A stretch of DNA of 64,000 bases. It comes from Pseudomonadota bacterium. Lineage in GTDB: Archaea > Thermoplasmatota > SW-10-69-26 > JACQPN01 > JAJPHT01. The notes under the pieces are model-generated. The model was not told where the DNA came from and searched no databases. It worked only from the letters and a program-made list of their open reading frames with translations. The translations under genes were made by a program, and so were the position numbers. Location: assembly GCA_021325135.1 (NCBI GenBank), contig JAJPHT010000039.1:99493-163492 (forward strand). The letters are read 5' to 3'. This document shows positions 1 through 10,148 of the stretch, piece by piece (positions within the stretch are counted from its first letter, which is position 1; each line of letters begins with the position of its first letter).

Positions 1-114
1 CTCGTGGGGCACCACGTCGGCGTGCTGGAGCGGCGCGGCCTCCTCGTCGTCACGACCGCGGGAGCGGGCCGCCGCCTCGTCGCGAGGCCGCAGGCCCCCG
101 GCGCCGCCGCTTGA
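1..114 (+). CDS. 3' end of a winged-helix (ArsR/MarR-like) domain protein, truncated by the window edge
   Basis: Frame 1 reads LVGHHVGVLERRGLLVVTTAGAGRRLV...*. This resembles a wHTH recognition helix plus wing, like the C-terminal HTHs of 41860..44202. Confidence 0.55.
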   Translation, partial: LVGHHVGVLERRGLLVVTTAGAGRRLVARPQAPGAAA

Positions 115-151
115 GGAAACGTCCAAGACGGAGGCGCCCGTTGGGCGGGCC

Positions 152-889
152 GTGATCACGCTCATCGGGACCGGCCACGTCTTCGACATCGGGGCCCGCG
201 TCCGCGAGGAGGTCCGCCGCCGCGCGCCCCACGTCGTCGCGGTGGAGCTGGACCCGCCGCGCTACCACGCGCTGCGCAGCAAGGCGAAGGACCGCAAGGG
301 CACGCCCTTCTTCTACCGCATGCTGGCCGACTTCCAGACGCGCGTGGCCAACGAGTACGGCGTCGAGGCGGGCGACGAGATGCTGGCGGCCGCCTCCGAG
401 GCGCAGGCGCTTGGCGTCCCCCTGGCGCTCATCGACGCCGACGCGCAGCGCACCTTCCAGCGCCTCCTCTCCGAGATGCGCTTCGGCGAGAAGATGCGCC
501 TCGCGGGCAGCGCCGTCGTGGGCGTCCTGCTGCCGGGCAAGAGCGTCGAGAAGCAGGTCAGCGAGATGCAGGAGGACTACGCCGCGTACTTCGAGGAGAT
601 GGGCAAGCGTTTCCCCACGCTGAAGCGCGTGCTCCTCGACGAGCGCAACGAGCACATGGCGCGCGCGCTCGCGGAGATCGCGAAGACCAACGAGCGCGTC
701 GTCGCCGTCGTGGGCGACGGGCACGTGGACGGCATGCTCGCCATCCTGCGCGCGCAGAACGCGGAGGTCGAGGTCGTGCGCCTCAAGGACCTCCGCGCGA
801 AGGCCGCGGCGCCCACCGGCACCGCGCAGGCGACCGTCTCCTTCGACGTGCCTTCGGCGCCGCCGCCGGAGAAGGGGCCTCCGCCTTAG
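152..889 (+). CDS. TraB/GumN family protein
   Basis: Motifs LIGTGHV, VAVELD..RY, G.EM..A, LLDERN..MA and VAVVG.GHV.G. Confidence 0.9.
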   Translation: MITLIGTGHVFDIGARVREEVRRRAPHVVAVELDPPRYHALRSKAKDRKGTPFFYRMLADFQTRVANEYGVEAGDEMLAAASEAQALGVPLALIDADAQRTFQRLLSEMRFGEKMRLAGSAVVGVLLPGKSVEKQVSEMQEDYAAYFEEMGKRFPTLKRVLLDERNEHMARALAEIAKTNERVVAVVGDGHVDGMLAILRAQNAEVEVVRLKDLRAKAAAPTGTAQATVSFDVPSAPPPEKGPPP

Positions 890-1335
890 GCCTCCTCCTC
901 TACGAGGAGCCGCGACGCGTCGAGCAGCCGCCACGCGCGATCGGCGCCAAGCTCCTTCGCAGCGGCGCGGTGCAGGCGCGCGTCTTCCGTCACGAGGATG
1001 GCCTCCTCCGCGAGCGCGAGGGAGAGGTACGCCGCGTCGTAGGCGGAGAGGCGATGCGCGTGCGCCAGCCGCGCGCAGTCCGCCAGCAGCGCGGCGGACG
1101 GCCCCACCTGCTCGACGCCCTCCAGCAGCGCCTCCACGAGGGCGTGGCGCGCCGCGACGTCGGCGCCGAAGGCGGAGGGGCGCTTCACGTGGACGACGTT
1201 GGCCAGCTCCCACGAGAGGAGCGCGGGCGCGATCAGGTCGGCGTGCGCCGCCAGCGCCTCGCCCGCCTCGGCGAGGTCCTCGCGCCCCGGCTCCGCGGTG
1301 GCGAGGAGCGCGCTCGCGTCCACCACGGCCCTCAA
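886..1335 (-). CDS. vapC: PIN-domain (VapC-like) toxin
   Basis: Motifs VVDASAL, WELAN, LSAYDAAYL.LA and LVTED; overlaps the upstream small antitoxin gene. Confidence 0.88.
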   Translation of the reverse strand: MRAVVDASALLATAEPGREDLAEAGEALAAHADLIAPALLSWELANVVHVKRPSAFGADVAARHALVEALLEGVEQVGPSAALLADCARLAHAHRLSAYDAAYLSLALAEEAILVTEDARLHRAAAKELGADRAWRLLDASRLLVEEEA

Positions 1336-1544
1336 TGCTCGTCACGGTCCTTCCGGACCAGGCGCGCGTAGCCGCCCTTCACCGGCTTGCGCGCCAGCGA
1401 GGCGACCTTGGCGCGCTTCTGCGACGCGCGCAGGCGCCGCACCTCGGCCTCGAACGCGCGCTTCGCCAGGAGGTTGGGGTTGATGCCGAGCTTCTCGACG
1501 TAGGCCACCACGTCGTCGTCCTCCCGGAACTGCACACGGACCAC
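1332..1544 (-). CDS. putative type II antitoxin (VapB/CcdA-like)
   Basis: About 70 aa (VVRVQFREDDDVVAYVEKLGINPNLLAKRAFEAEVRR...LVRKDRDEH), overlapping the start of the PIN gene; start inferred at GTG 1544. Confidence 0.72.
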   Translation of the reverse strand: MVRVQFREDDDVVAYVEKLGINPNLLAKRAFEAEVRRLRASQKRAKVASLARKPVKGGYARLVRKDRDEH

Positions 1545-1551
1545 GCAGGGA

Positions 1552-1570
1552 GTATCCGGGGGGTGGATAC
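1552..1570. promoter_or_regulatory. putative operator of the toxin-antitoxin operon
   Basis: Inverted repeat GTATCC-N7-GGATAC immediately upstream of the antitoxin start. Confidence 0.4.
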
Positions 1571-1670
1571 ATGAAGGTTCTCCGGGAATCACCGCGCGTT
1601 GCGCCCTTCTCGTCCATCCCCGAGGCCCCACCAGCGTTGGTTCGGGGGTCCGCTGGTCCGGTGGTTTGGC

Positions 1671-1702
1671 GGGGGGCAGGGGGCGGAGCCCCCAGCAAAA
1701 AA
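1671..1702. repeat. partial REP-like hairpin element downstream of cbf5
   Basis: GGGGGCGGAGCCCCC hairpin next to an A-run; related to the GGGGGCGAAGCCCCC copies at 29721, 35225 and 49960. Confidence 0.5.
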
Positions 1703-1710
1703 GGCCAGGA

Positions 1711-2685
1711 TCACTCAGGCTGCGTCGTCTTCGCCTCGCCCCAGCGCCTCGGGTACGTCCCGGGGCGCATGACGACGCGCTCGGTCTTCAGCACGATGCC
1801 CGACTCGCGCTTCTGCGCGTCGGCGGCCGCCATCTTCGCGCGGCCCACGGCGACGAGCTCGCCCTTGAGCGTGAAGGCCGCGGCGAGGTCGCCTTCCTTG
1901 AGCGACTCGTGGACCTCGACGAGGCCGGGGAGCGCCAGGTCCGCGCCATGGCAGAGCGCGTCCACCGCGGAGTCGCGGATGACGAGGCGCGGCAGGTGCC
2001 CGACAAGCTCCTCCACGGGGCGCACGACCTCGCGCAGCCACGACTCGTCGCCCGTCTCCTTCCAGTGCTCCCAGGCGTCCTTCACGTCGTGGAGCGTGAC
2101 GCTGGTGGCCTCGGTGAAGGGGCCGGTGACGCTGCGGCGAAGCTCGCGCATGTGGCCGCCGGGGCCCAGCACGGTGCCCACGTCGGTGCAGAGCTTGCGG
2201 ATGTAGGTGCCCGCCTCGCACGAGACGCGGAAGAGGGCGAGGCGGTTCGTCGTCTCCATGACGTCCAGCGAGTAGATCTCGCGCACGCGAAGCTCGCGCT
2301 TCACCGCGCTCTTGAGCGGGGGGACCTGGTAGATGGGGCCCTGGAAGAGCGCCAGCGTCTCGCGGATGCGCTCGGGCTTGGCCTCGCGGTGCGTCTCCAG
2401 GACGCAGACGTACTCCTTGGGGCTCTCCAGGAGGGCGCGCACGATGCGCGTGGCGTCCTCCAGCGCGACGGGCAGGACGCCCGTGACGTTGGGGTCCAGC
2501 GTGCCGCCGTGGCCCGCCTTCTTGAGCCCCATGGCGGCCTTCAGCCAGGCGACCACCTGGTGCGAGGTGGGCCCGCTGGGCTTGTCGAGGTTGATCACGC
2601 CCAGCCGGACGTGATCCTCGATGGCGCGCTCGCTGGGCCTCTTCCCGTAGGCGGGATCGGTGTCGGCCCGGGCGCGGACGAGCAT
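1711..2685 (-). CDS. cbf5: H/ACA RNA-guided pseudouridine synthase Cbf5 (TruB family, PUA domain)
   Basis: Motifs INLDKPSGPTSHQV, GHGGTLDP, GTYIRKLC and a C-terminal PUA domain. Confidence 0.97.
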   Translation of the reverse strand: MLVRARADTDPAYGKRPSERAIEDHVRLGVINLDKPSGPTSHQVVAWLKAAMGLKKAGHGGTLDPNVTGVLPVALEDATRIVRALLESPKEYVCVLETHREAKPERIRETLALFQGPIYQVPPLKSAVKRELRVREIYSLDVMETTNRLALFRVSCEAGTYIRKLCTDVGTVLGPGGHMRELRRSVTGPFTEATSVTLHDVKDAWEHWKETGDESWLREVVRPVEELVGHLPRLVIRDSAVDALCHGADLALPGLVEVHESLKEGDLAAAFTLKGELVAVGRAKMAAADAQKRESGIVLKTERVVMRPGTYPRRWGEAKTTQPE

Positions 2686-2727
2686 CGCGGCGGCGAGAGG
2701 GGGCTTCCCACTTGAGGGCTTCGGGCG

Positions 2728-3162
2728 TCACGCGGGCGCTTCCGCCGCCCTCGCGAGGCCCTGGAGGTCGGCCTCCAGCTCCCTCTCCAGCCCGGCCGCG
2801 ACCACGGGGCCCATCACCTTCTGGAGCCCCTTCAGCTCGTACTCGGCGAACGCCACGACGCGCGTCCCGCCCTGCGCCGGGTGAAGCTCGTAGCCCCCCT
2901 TGGCGGCGGGCTCGCCGTTGCGCCGAACGTCCATCTCCAGGAGGCGCGGCGCGTCGAGGCGCGTCACGGTGGACTCGTAGCGGCTGCGGCTCCCCGGCGC
3001 GGTGCGCCGCGAGACGACGCGGGCGCCCACCTGCAGCGGCTCGTGGGTGGGCTCCTCCTTCATGCTCTGGAGCCAGCGCGCCCTCTGGGCGGGGTCGGTG
3101 AGGAGGGTCCAGACCCGCTCGGGGGGCGCGCGGATGGTCCGCTCGCGGCTGAGCCGGGGCAC
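2728..3162 (-). CDS. SRPBCC/START-like family protein
   Basis: Motif RTIRAPPERVW.LLTD...W; paralogous to 6414..6866; start inferred at GTG 3162. Confidence 0.8.
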   Translation of the reverse strand: MPRLSRERTIRAPPERVWTLLTDPAQRARWLQSMKEEPTHEPLQVGARVVSRRTAPGSRSRYESTVTRLDAPRLLEMDVRRNGEPAAKGGYELHPAQGGTRVVAFAEYELKGLQKVMGPVVAAGLERELEADLQGLARAAEAPA

Positions 3163-3250
3163 GGGCGCCCAACCGCCCGGGCTCGCATGGACCTTCTCCC
3201 CTGGTCCTGAACCACAGCGCTCAAATGCTCTCCAAGCGACCGCTCTGCCG

Positions 3251-3472
3251 ATGCTCGCGTTGGAGCCCACCGGCGAGATGGCCCTGCCCCTTGGAGGCGT
3301 CCGGCTCCTTGGCATCGAGGCCACGCGCCGCACCCACTGGCACGCGATGCGCCACGTCTTCGACCTCGGCGAGGACGCGGGCCTGCACGTGGAGGTGGGC
3401 CCCTTCGGCGACGTGCTCGCCTTCGCCGTGGCCTACGACCACGCGGGCGACGAGCTTCTCACGGCGCTCTAG
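3251..3472 (+). CDS. small hypothetical protein
   Basis: MLALEPTGEM...DELLTAL with GC3-rich codon usage; fills the gap between flanking genes. Confidence 0.5.
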   Translation: MLALEPTGEMALPLGGVRLLGIEATRRTHWHAMRHVFDLGEDAGLHVEVGPFGDVLAFAVAYDHAGDELLTAL

Positions 3473-4380
3473 CCGAACCCGCCCACGTAGCCCCCGGAGC
3501 TTGGCTCGGGCACCAGCACGCCGAACCCGCCCGCCGCGTTGCGGCGGAAGCCGCGGAAGGAGGGGTCGGTGGTGGTCGTGAAGGGCGTCTTGCGCAGCTT
3601 GACCTCGGCCGTCCGCAGCGGGCCCAGCCCCCAGCCGTCGGTGCGCGCCTCGGCGAACGCGACCGTCATGCGCTTGGCGAGGGCCACCAGGTACGGGTTC
3701 GCGTCGTCCATGTCCTCCGGCGCCTCAGGCGGGGCGTCGGGGCGCCGCGGCGGGTGCACGTAGACGACGCGCTCGATGCCGCTCTTCGCCAGCAGGGCCG
3801 CGCTGGGGAGGTCGCTGTCCAGGAGGAAGTAGCGGTTGTCGAAGTCGCGCGGCTGGGGCATGCGCGTGCCCAGGCGCCACGCGTCGAGCATGATGGCGGG
3901 GGGCGTGACGCCCTCGATGCGGTCCCTCGCGTCGCGCGCCCACGAGGCGTAGGCGAGGAGCGCGCCCAGCGCGGCCTTCGCGTCGCCCACCTCCGCCTGG
4001 TGGGGCCAGTTGTTGAACGTCGCGACGGGCTGCATCTTCGCGCGCTGGGCCAGGAGCGCGCCGTAGGCCACCGAGAGGGCGCCCGGAAGCTCCAGGAGGA
4101 CGGCCGTGCGCCCGTCGATCCACTCGGGAAGCTCGCGCGGCGCGGAGGCGATGTCAAAGCCGGGCGGGACCCACGGCCCCACCGCGTCGTGGTGCAGGCT
4201 GTCGAGGGCCGCGAAGAGGGTGGGGCGCTGGAAGGCGGACCAGGGCGAGGCGTCGGGCGGGGCCCATGCGGCGTGGAGCGCGGCGGGGTCGAGGAGCTTC
4301 CTCCAGTCGGCCTCGCCCATGGCGTCGAGCCCGGTGGGGTCGCCGATGGCGACGGGGCCCAGGCTGGGCGCGCGGCGCAT
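3469..4380 (-). CDS. uncharacterised protein with a Gly-rich GGFG tail, partner of the Gsp-like ligase
   Basis: Only the C-terminal ~300 aa of the 596 aa track ORF look coding (MRRAPSLG...FDNRY...RRNAAGGFGVLVPEPSSGGYVGGFG). Confidence 0.75.
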   Translation of the reverse strand: MRRAPSLGPVAIGDPTGLDAMGEADWRKLLDPAALHAAWAPPDASPWSAFQRPTLFAALDSLHHDAVGPWVPPGFDIASAPRELPEWIDGRTAVLLELPGALSVAYGALLAQRAKMQPVATFNNWPHQAEVGDAKAALGALLAYASWARDARDRIEGVTPPAIMLDAWRLGTRMPQPRDFDNRYFLLDSDLPSAALLAKSGIERVVYVHPPRRPDAPPEAPEDMDDANPYLVALAKRMTVAFAEARTDGWGLGPLRTAEVKLRKTPFTTTTDPSFRGFRRNAAGGFGVLVPEPSSGGYVGGFG

Positions 4381-4402
4381 GGAGCCCAACCGCGCGAGCG
4401 TC

Positions 4403-5554
4403 TCAAACGGCTTCCAGAACGGTGAGTACGTTGGCGGCATCGTATCGCACCACGTGTTGCTCGGAGATCCTGCTGTAGCAGCCGGCGAACCGGCCGTTGA
4501 CGACGTAGGCGCCCACGCAGGGCGTCGCGCTGCGGCCCTCGCCCGTCTCGACGCGCAGCGGCCGGAACCGCTCCTGGAGGACGGTGGGCTGCGGACGGCG
4601 CAGGGCGCCCGCGAGGGCCTTCTCCCAGGCCTTCGGCGTCTCGTCCGCGCCCAGCACCACGCCCTCGCCCATGCGGCCGAAGCACGGCTTGAGGACCCAG
4701 CGCTCGCGCTCGGCCGCGGCCTCGCGGGCAAGCTCGGGCGTGAGGAGCCTCGTCTCGGGGATCGCGGGGTGGTCGAGCAGCGCGAAGGCGGCCTTGCTCT
4801 GCGTCCAGAGCGTCGCGAAGGGGTTGACGACGCGCAGGCCCGCCTCCAGCGCGGCGGCCCACGCGTCGAGGTTCGGCAGCGCGGGGAACCACTCGCCGGG
4901 GAAGAAGCGGTAGATGATATCAACGGGCTCGCCCGCGAGGGTGGTCCGCCCCTCCGCATGCTCCAGGTGCGCGGGAGAGGCGAGCACTGTCTCGAAGCCG
5001 TGCATCTCCAGGAGGTCCGCCAGGAGGCGCACCACCTGCATGTCCTCGGCGTAGGCCGTGGCGTAGACCATGCCGATGCGGCGCGCGCCGGCGAAGAGCC
5101 GCGCCAGCGCGTCGGGCAGGTCGCCGGGCGGCTCCATGCCCTTCTCCACGGCGTCCGCGAAGAGCGCGGGCAGCCCCAGGGCGTCGTTGTAGCCGCCGGG
5201 CACGTCGTCGTTGCACTCCGACGCGCGCCACCCTTCGGCGGTGAGGAAGAGGTCGACACGCGTGACGCGGGGGCCGCCGCCGCGGGCGAGGGGCACGACC
5301 TCCGGGGGCACGCCCAGGGCGCGCGTCCTCTCGGGGTCGCGGGGCCACGACTCCAACGCCTTCGTGGTCAGCGCGTCGATCTCCTCGGCGGCGCGCGCGA
5401 GGCCCGCGTGCTCCTCCGCGGTGAGCGCGAGGGCGCCCCGCGCGACGGTGGCGCGGCCGCGGACGTGCGTGTCCCACTTGCGGAACGTCCAGCGCAGGGT
5501 CTGGAGCCGCGCGTCCATCGCGGCCTGGGGGAGCGCGAAGGGGACGTATCTCAT
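4403..5554 (-). CDS. glutathionylspermidine synthase-like circularly permuted ATP-grasp ligase (YgiC/YjfC-like)
   Basis: Motifs RVDL, SECNDDVPGG, IIYRFFPGEW, QSKA, WVLKPCFGRMGEGV and VLQERF. Confidence 0.85.
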   Translation of the reverse strand: MRYVPFALPQAAMDARLQTLRWTFRKWDTHVRGRATVARGALALTAEEHAGLARAAEEIDALTTKALESWPRDPERTRALGVPPEVVPLARGGGPRVTRVDLFLTAEGWRASECNDDVPGGYNDALGLPALFADAVEKGMEPPGDLPDALARLFAGARRIGMVYATAYAEDMQVVRLLADLLEMHGFETVLASPAHLEHAEGRTTLAGEPVDIIYRFFPGEWFPALPNLDAWAAALEAGLRVVNPFATLWTQSKAAFALLDHPAIPETRLLTPELAREAAAERERWVLKPCFGRMGEGVVLGADETPKAWEKALAGALRRPQPTVLQERFRPLRVETGEGRSATPCVGAYVVNGRFAGCYSRISEQHVVRYDAANVLTVLEAV

Positions 5555-5558
5555 GGTC

Positions 5559-6317
5559 TCACGTCAGGAAATAGTAGAGAAGGCCGCCCGCGACGAGGAG
5601 CGCCGCGGCGGCGAGGCGGATGGCGTCCTTGCGCGGGTGGAACCGGGAGTAGGCGCCCGCCAGCGCGGCGACGGGGGCGATGGCCACGATGGGCGCGACG
5701 CGGCGCAGGTAGTCGGGCAGGTCGCGCTCCCAGCCGGTGAAGTCGCCTGCGGCGGCGCGGCCCGCGACGAGGCCCGCCGAGATCGCCACGCCCGCGAGGA
5801 GGATCGCCGCGGAGACGTCGCGCTCCAGCCGCACGTCGTCCTTGAGCTGGCCCAGGCGCCCCACGAGCGCCATGCTGCCGCGAAGCTCCCAGTAGGCGAG
5901 GAAGAAGAACGCGACCACGACCCACCAGCCGGGGCCCTCGCCGGTGAGCGCGCCGCCGAAGGCGAACGCGGTGCCCAGCGCGAAGCCCCCCATGGCGATG
6001 CCCGCCGCGAGGTTGCCGCGCTCCACGACGTCGGCGGGATAGAACATGCCCAGCATGGGCACGCGGAGGCCCGCCACGAGGAGGATCGCAAGGGCGAGGA
6101 AGACGTACATCCAGGTGTAGAAGCCCACGATGTCCGAGGCCGCGCCCGTCTGGAGCACGAACCAGAACCACAGCAGCGCGAAGAGGACGGAGGCGCGCAC
6201 GACGCCCACGCCCGGGTTGTGGTTGCGCAGGAAGAAGGCGTTGGTGGAGAAGGGGAAGACGCGCCAGAGGCCCCAGAGGGTGACCAAGGCGCTGAGGACG
6301 AAGAGGGGCACCTCCAT
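5559..6317 (-). CDS. tandem DUF350 (YjfL-like) membrane protein
   Basis: Two repeats of the type DVVERGNLAAGIAMGG / DVRLERDVSAAILLAG; about 8 hydrophobic segments. Confidence 0.75.
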   Translation of the reverse strand: MEVPLFVLSALVTLWGLWRVFPFSTNAFFLRNHNPGVGVVRASVLFALLWFWFVLQTGAASDIVGFYTWMYVFLALAILLVAGLRVPMLGMFYPADVVERGNLAAGIAMGGFALGTAFAFGGALTGEGPGWWVVVAFFFLAYWELRGSMALVGRLGQLKDDVRLERDVSAAILLAGVAISAGLVAGRAAAGDFTGWERDLPDYLRRVAPIVAIAPVAALAGAYSRFHPRKDAIRLAAAALLVAGGLLYYFLT

Positions 6318-6413
6318 CGTCCAGCCGATCTCGTAGAGGCTGTAGAACGGATCGGTCAGCGGAACGTCGACCAGCCGGCACTCCCCGCGACGGCGCGAGG
6401 CGCACGCGGGTGG

Positions 6414-6866
6414 TTAACCGTTGCGAGGCGCGGCGGACGCGACCTTGCGGTCCAGGGCCTCGATGTCGCCCTGGGTCTGCTTGGCGATGGTCCCCTTGAC
6501 CATGGGCGTCATGAGGGCCATGAGGCCGGGGAGGCGGAAGTCGATGGCGCACTTGACGCGCGTGCCCGCGCCTTCGGGCGTGAGGGTCCAGGTGGCGACG
6601 CCCGCGGGCTTGCCGTCGCGGTGGATGTCCAGCACGAGCTGGCGGCCCGGCTCGGCCTTGAGCACGGTGCCCTGAACGTCGGCGGGGCGCCCCATGGTGA
6701 CGCGGCGCTGCGTGAACTTCGTCCCCTCCTTCACGGGGCCGGGGGTGACCTGCTTCGAGTCGGAGACGCCGGAGAGCCACGTCTTGGAGCCGTCGAAGTC
6801 CACGAGCGCGGCGTACACGGCGGCGGGGGCGGCATGGACGAGGCCTTCGCGTTCGACGTGGGGCAT
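6414..6866 (-). CDS. SRPBCC family protein
   Basis: Motifs VHAAPAAVY..L.D....W and GTRV; polyketide cyclase-like pattern. Confidence 0.82.
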   Translation of the reverse strand: MPHVEREGLVHAAPAAVYAALVDFDGSKTWLSGVSDSKQVTPGPVKEGTKFTQRRVTMGRPADVQGTVLKAEPGRQLVLDIHRDGKPAGVATWTLTPEGAGTRVKCAIDFRLPGLMALMTPMVKGTIAKQTQGDIEALDRKVASAAPRNG

Positions 6867-6908
6867 GCAGGCGGCACCGCCGGAAGGGGGTTTGAGCTTG
6901 TTCCCGAA

Positions 6909-7295
6909 TCACGGCGCGCGGGGCCGGAACGCCAGCGAGGCCGAGTTGATGCAGTAACGCAGGCCCGTGGGCGCGGGCCCGTCGTCGAAGACGTGCCCCA
7001 GGTGCGCCTCGCACGCGGCGCAGCGCACCTCGGTGCGCTTCATGAAGAGCGTGCGGTCGACGCGCTCCTGGATGCGCGAGCCTTCGGCTGGCTCGAAGAA
7101 GCTGGGCCAGCCCGTGCCCGAGTCGAACTTGGCGCGCGAGTCGAAGAGGGGCGCATCGCAGCAGACGCAGCGGTACTCCCCCTCCGCATGGTGGTTCCAG
7201 TACTCGCCTGTGAAGGGGCGCTCGGTGCCGGCCTCCTGCGTGACGTGGTAGGCCAGGGGGCTGAGGCGGGCGCGGAGGTCGGAGGCGCTCTTCAT
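6909..7295 (-). CDS. msrB: peptide-methionine (R)-S-oxide reductase
   Basis: Motifs [10 protein letters not shown], Cxx[22 protein letters not shown] and RYCINS; start ATG 7295. Confidence 0.97.
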   Translation of the reverse strand: MKSASDLRARLSPLAYHVTQEAGTERPFTGEYWNHHAEGEYRCVCCDAPLFDSRAKFDSGTGWPSFFEPAEGSRIQERVDRTLFMKRTEVRCAACEAHLGHVFDDGPAPTGLRYCINSASLAFRPRAP

Positions 7296-7394
7296 GAGGC
7301 TCCCAGGGGCCTCCGGAAGGTGAGGCTTTGCCCAGATTCCCCCGGAAACGATTTCTCCTCCCCGGGGTCTCGGAGAGGCGGGAGGCAACCGCCC

Positions 7395-7940
7395 TTGACC
7401 CGCATCCAGCGTCCCGCCCTTCTCGCCCTTGCCCTGATGGTCCTTTCCCTGCCCGCGGCCGGCGCCGAGTCCCCGACCTCGGGCGCCTGCGACTCGACGG
7501 GCGTGCTCGTCTGCGTCGGCGCGGACGTGGGCGCCTCCGTCGCGTGCGGCCTCGACGCCACCGGCCTCGCGACGTGCTCGTGGACCTACGGCTGGGTGAC
7601 CACCGGCTACAGCCCCGCGCAGCTTCCCGGCCACGAGAACGACACGGTGACGACCCTCGTGCGCATCTGCCCTGGCAACGGCCCCTGCCAGGACGCCACG
7701 ACGGTCGCGACGCACGGCTGCGCCTGGACCCCCGTCGCGGGCTGCGACCACAGCAGCAGCCCGCCGGGCGGCTCGACCACGGCCCAGCTTGCCCTGGGCG
7801 AGTGCCTCACTGTCGAGGTGCAGATGAGCGTGGACGTCGCGGGCGTCGTCGTGGAGGGCGGCCCCGCGCTCGCCCACGCCGCGTTCCACAACGCGGGCGG
7901 CAACGGCGGCGCGGTCTGCCGCGTCGACGACGGACGATAG
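7395..7940 (+). CDS. secreted cysteine-rich hypothetical protein
   Basis: Signal peptide ([19 protein letters not shown]) followed by a mature region with 10 Cys; start inferred at TTG 7395. Confidence 0.7.
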   Translation: MTRIQRPALLALALMVLSLPAAGAESPTSGACDSTGVLVCVGADVGASVACGLDATGLATCSWTYGWVTTGYSPAQLPGHENDTVTTLVRICPGNGPCQDATTVATHGCAWTPVAGCDHSSSPPGGSTTAQLALGECLTVEVQMSVDVAGVVVEGGPALAHAAFHNAGGNGGAVCRVDDGR

Positions 7941-7946
7941 TCCTGC

Positions 7947-9149
<1,203 letters not shown>

Positions 9150-9236
9150 CGGAGCCACTTAGGGGCTGCCGGGGATGAAGGCCTCGCCCCGGGAGCGACA
9201 AAGGGGGACGCGCGCGTCCGGAATCGGACACCTGCG

Positions 9237-9680
9237 TCAGGACTCGGTGACGACCACGTGCGCGCTCACGGGCCCGGCGCCCGAGTACTCGATTTGCTTG
9301 ACGCCGGCCGCGGGCGCGGTCTTGGTGCACGTGGTGGAGTCCGTTACGGGGCCGTCCGCCAGGGTGCACACCGCGCCGCCGACCTTCACCTGCACGCCGC
9401 TGGCGACGCCCGCGGGCGCGCCGCCCGCGGGGCTGAAGGTGACGTTGATGGTGACGGTCATCGCGGCGGGGTCGACGGTGATGGGCACGGGGCTGGCGGG
9501 GCTCGCCGGCGTGTCCGTGAACGTGTGGTCGTCGGTCTTCAGCGTCTTGGCGGCCGCCGTGCCGTTGGTCCCGGGCGTCGCGCCCGTGGGCGTCGTCGGC
9601 GTGCCGCCGTTCGTGCCGTTGTTGGCCGCGCAGCCCGCCGCGAGGATCGACAGGACGACGAGGAGGAGGATGGAGCGCAT
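9237..9680 (-). CDS. putative lipoprotein
   Basis: Lipobox LAAGC, Thr/Pro linker and a small beta domain with 2 Cys; paralog of 10149..10703. Confidence 0.78.
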   Translation of the reverse strand: MRSILLLVVLSILAAGCAANNGTNGGTPTTPTGATPGTNGTAAAKTLKTDDHTFTDTPASPASPVPITVDPAAMTVTINVTFSPAGGAPAGVASGVQVKVGGAVCTLADGPVTDSTTCTKTAPAAGVKQIEYSGAGPVSAHVVVTES

Positions 9681-9782
9681 GCCCCTGTCGAGCGCCAGGG
9701 GATTGATGAAGAAATCGGCCCGGTCGTTGAGACAAAGGCCGAATGACAAGGGGGGTGCTAGGTGGAACGTCCTCCGGCCTGC

Positions 9783-10004
9783 TCAGAACACGTAGCAGGG
9801 CTCCAGGAGCGGGTCCAGGTTGGACGTGGTGCTGACGTAGACCAGGCAGTTGGCGGTTCCGCACCGGCCGTCGGGAGCACAGTCGTAGCCGGTGCACTCA
9901 GCGTCCACGAGCCCAGCGCAGGTTCCACCGGGCGAAGCGGCGGCGAAGGTTCCCGTTCCGACGAGCGCGAAGAGGATGGCGGAAGCAATCAGGATGAGCT
10001 TCAT
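9783..10004 (-). CDS. small secreted 6-Cys protein
   Basis: Signal peptide MKLILIASAILFALVGTGTFAAA plus about 50 aa mature peptide with 6 Cys. Confidence 0.72.
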   Translation of the reverse strand: MKLILIASAILFALVGTGTFAAASPGGTCAGLVDAECTGYDCAPDGRCGTANCLVYVSTTSNLDPLLEPCYVF

Positions 10005-10148
10005 GGGTTCCCCGGGGAAGGGAGCGCAAGGTCAGCGAAGACGGCTTCCAAAATTACAGAAACCATCGTCTGGTCGTGTGAATCGGAAGAATGCGTCGAA
10101 GAAGAGGTTGGACGGCGGAGGGGTGCGGGCCCCTCCGTGACCGTCGCG

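Noticed and set aside
5211-7394. N-terminal ~730 aa of the 909 aa ORF 5211..7940
   Set aside because: Antisense to the ligase, DUF350, SRPBCC and msrB genes; only the last ~180 codons look coding
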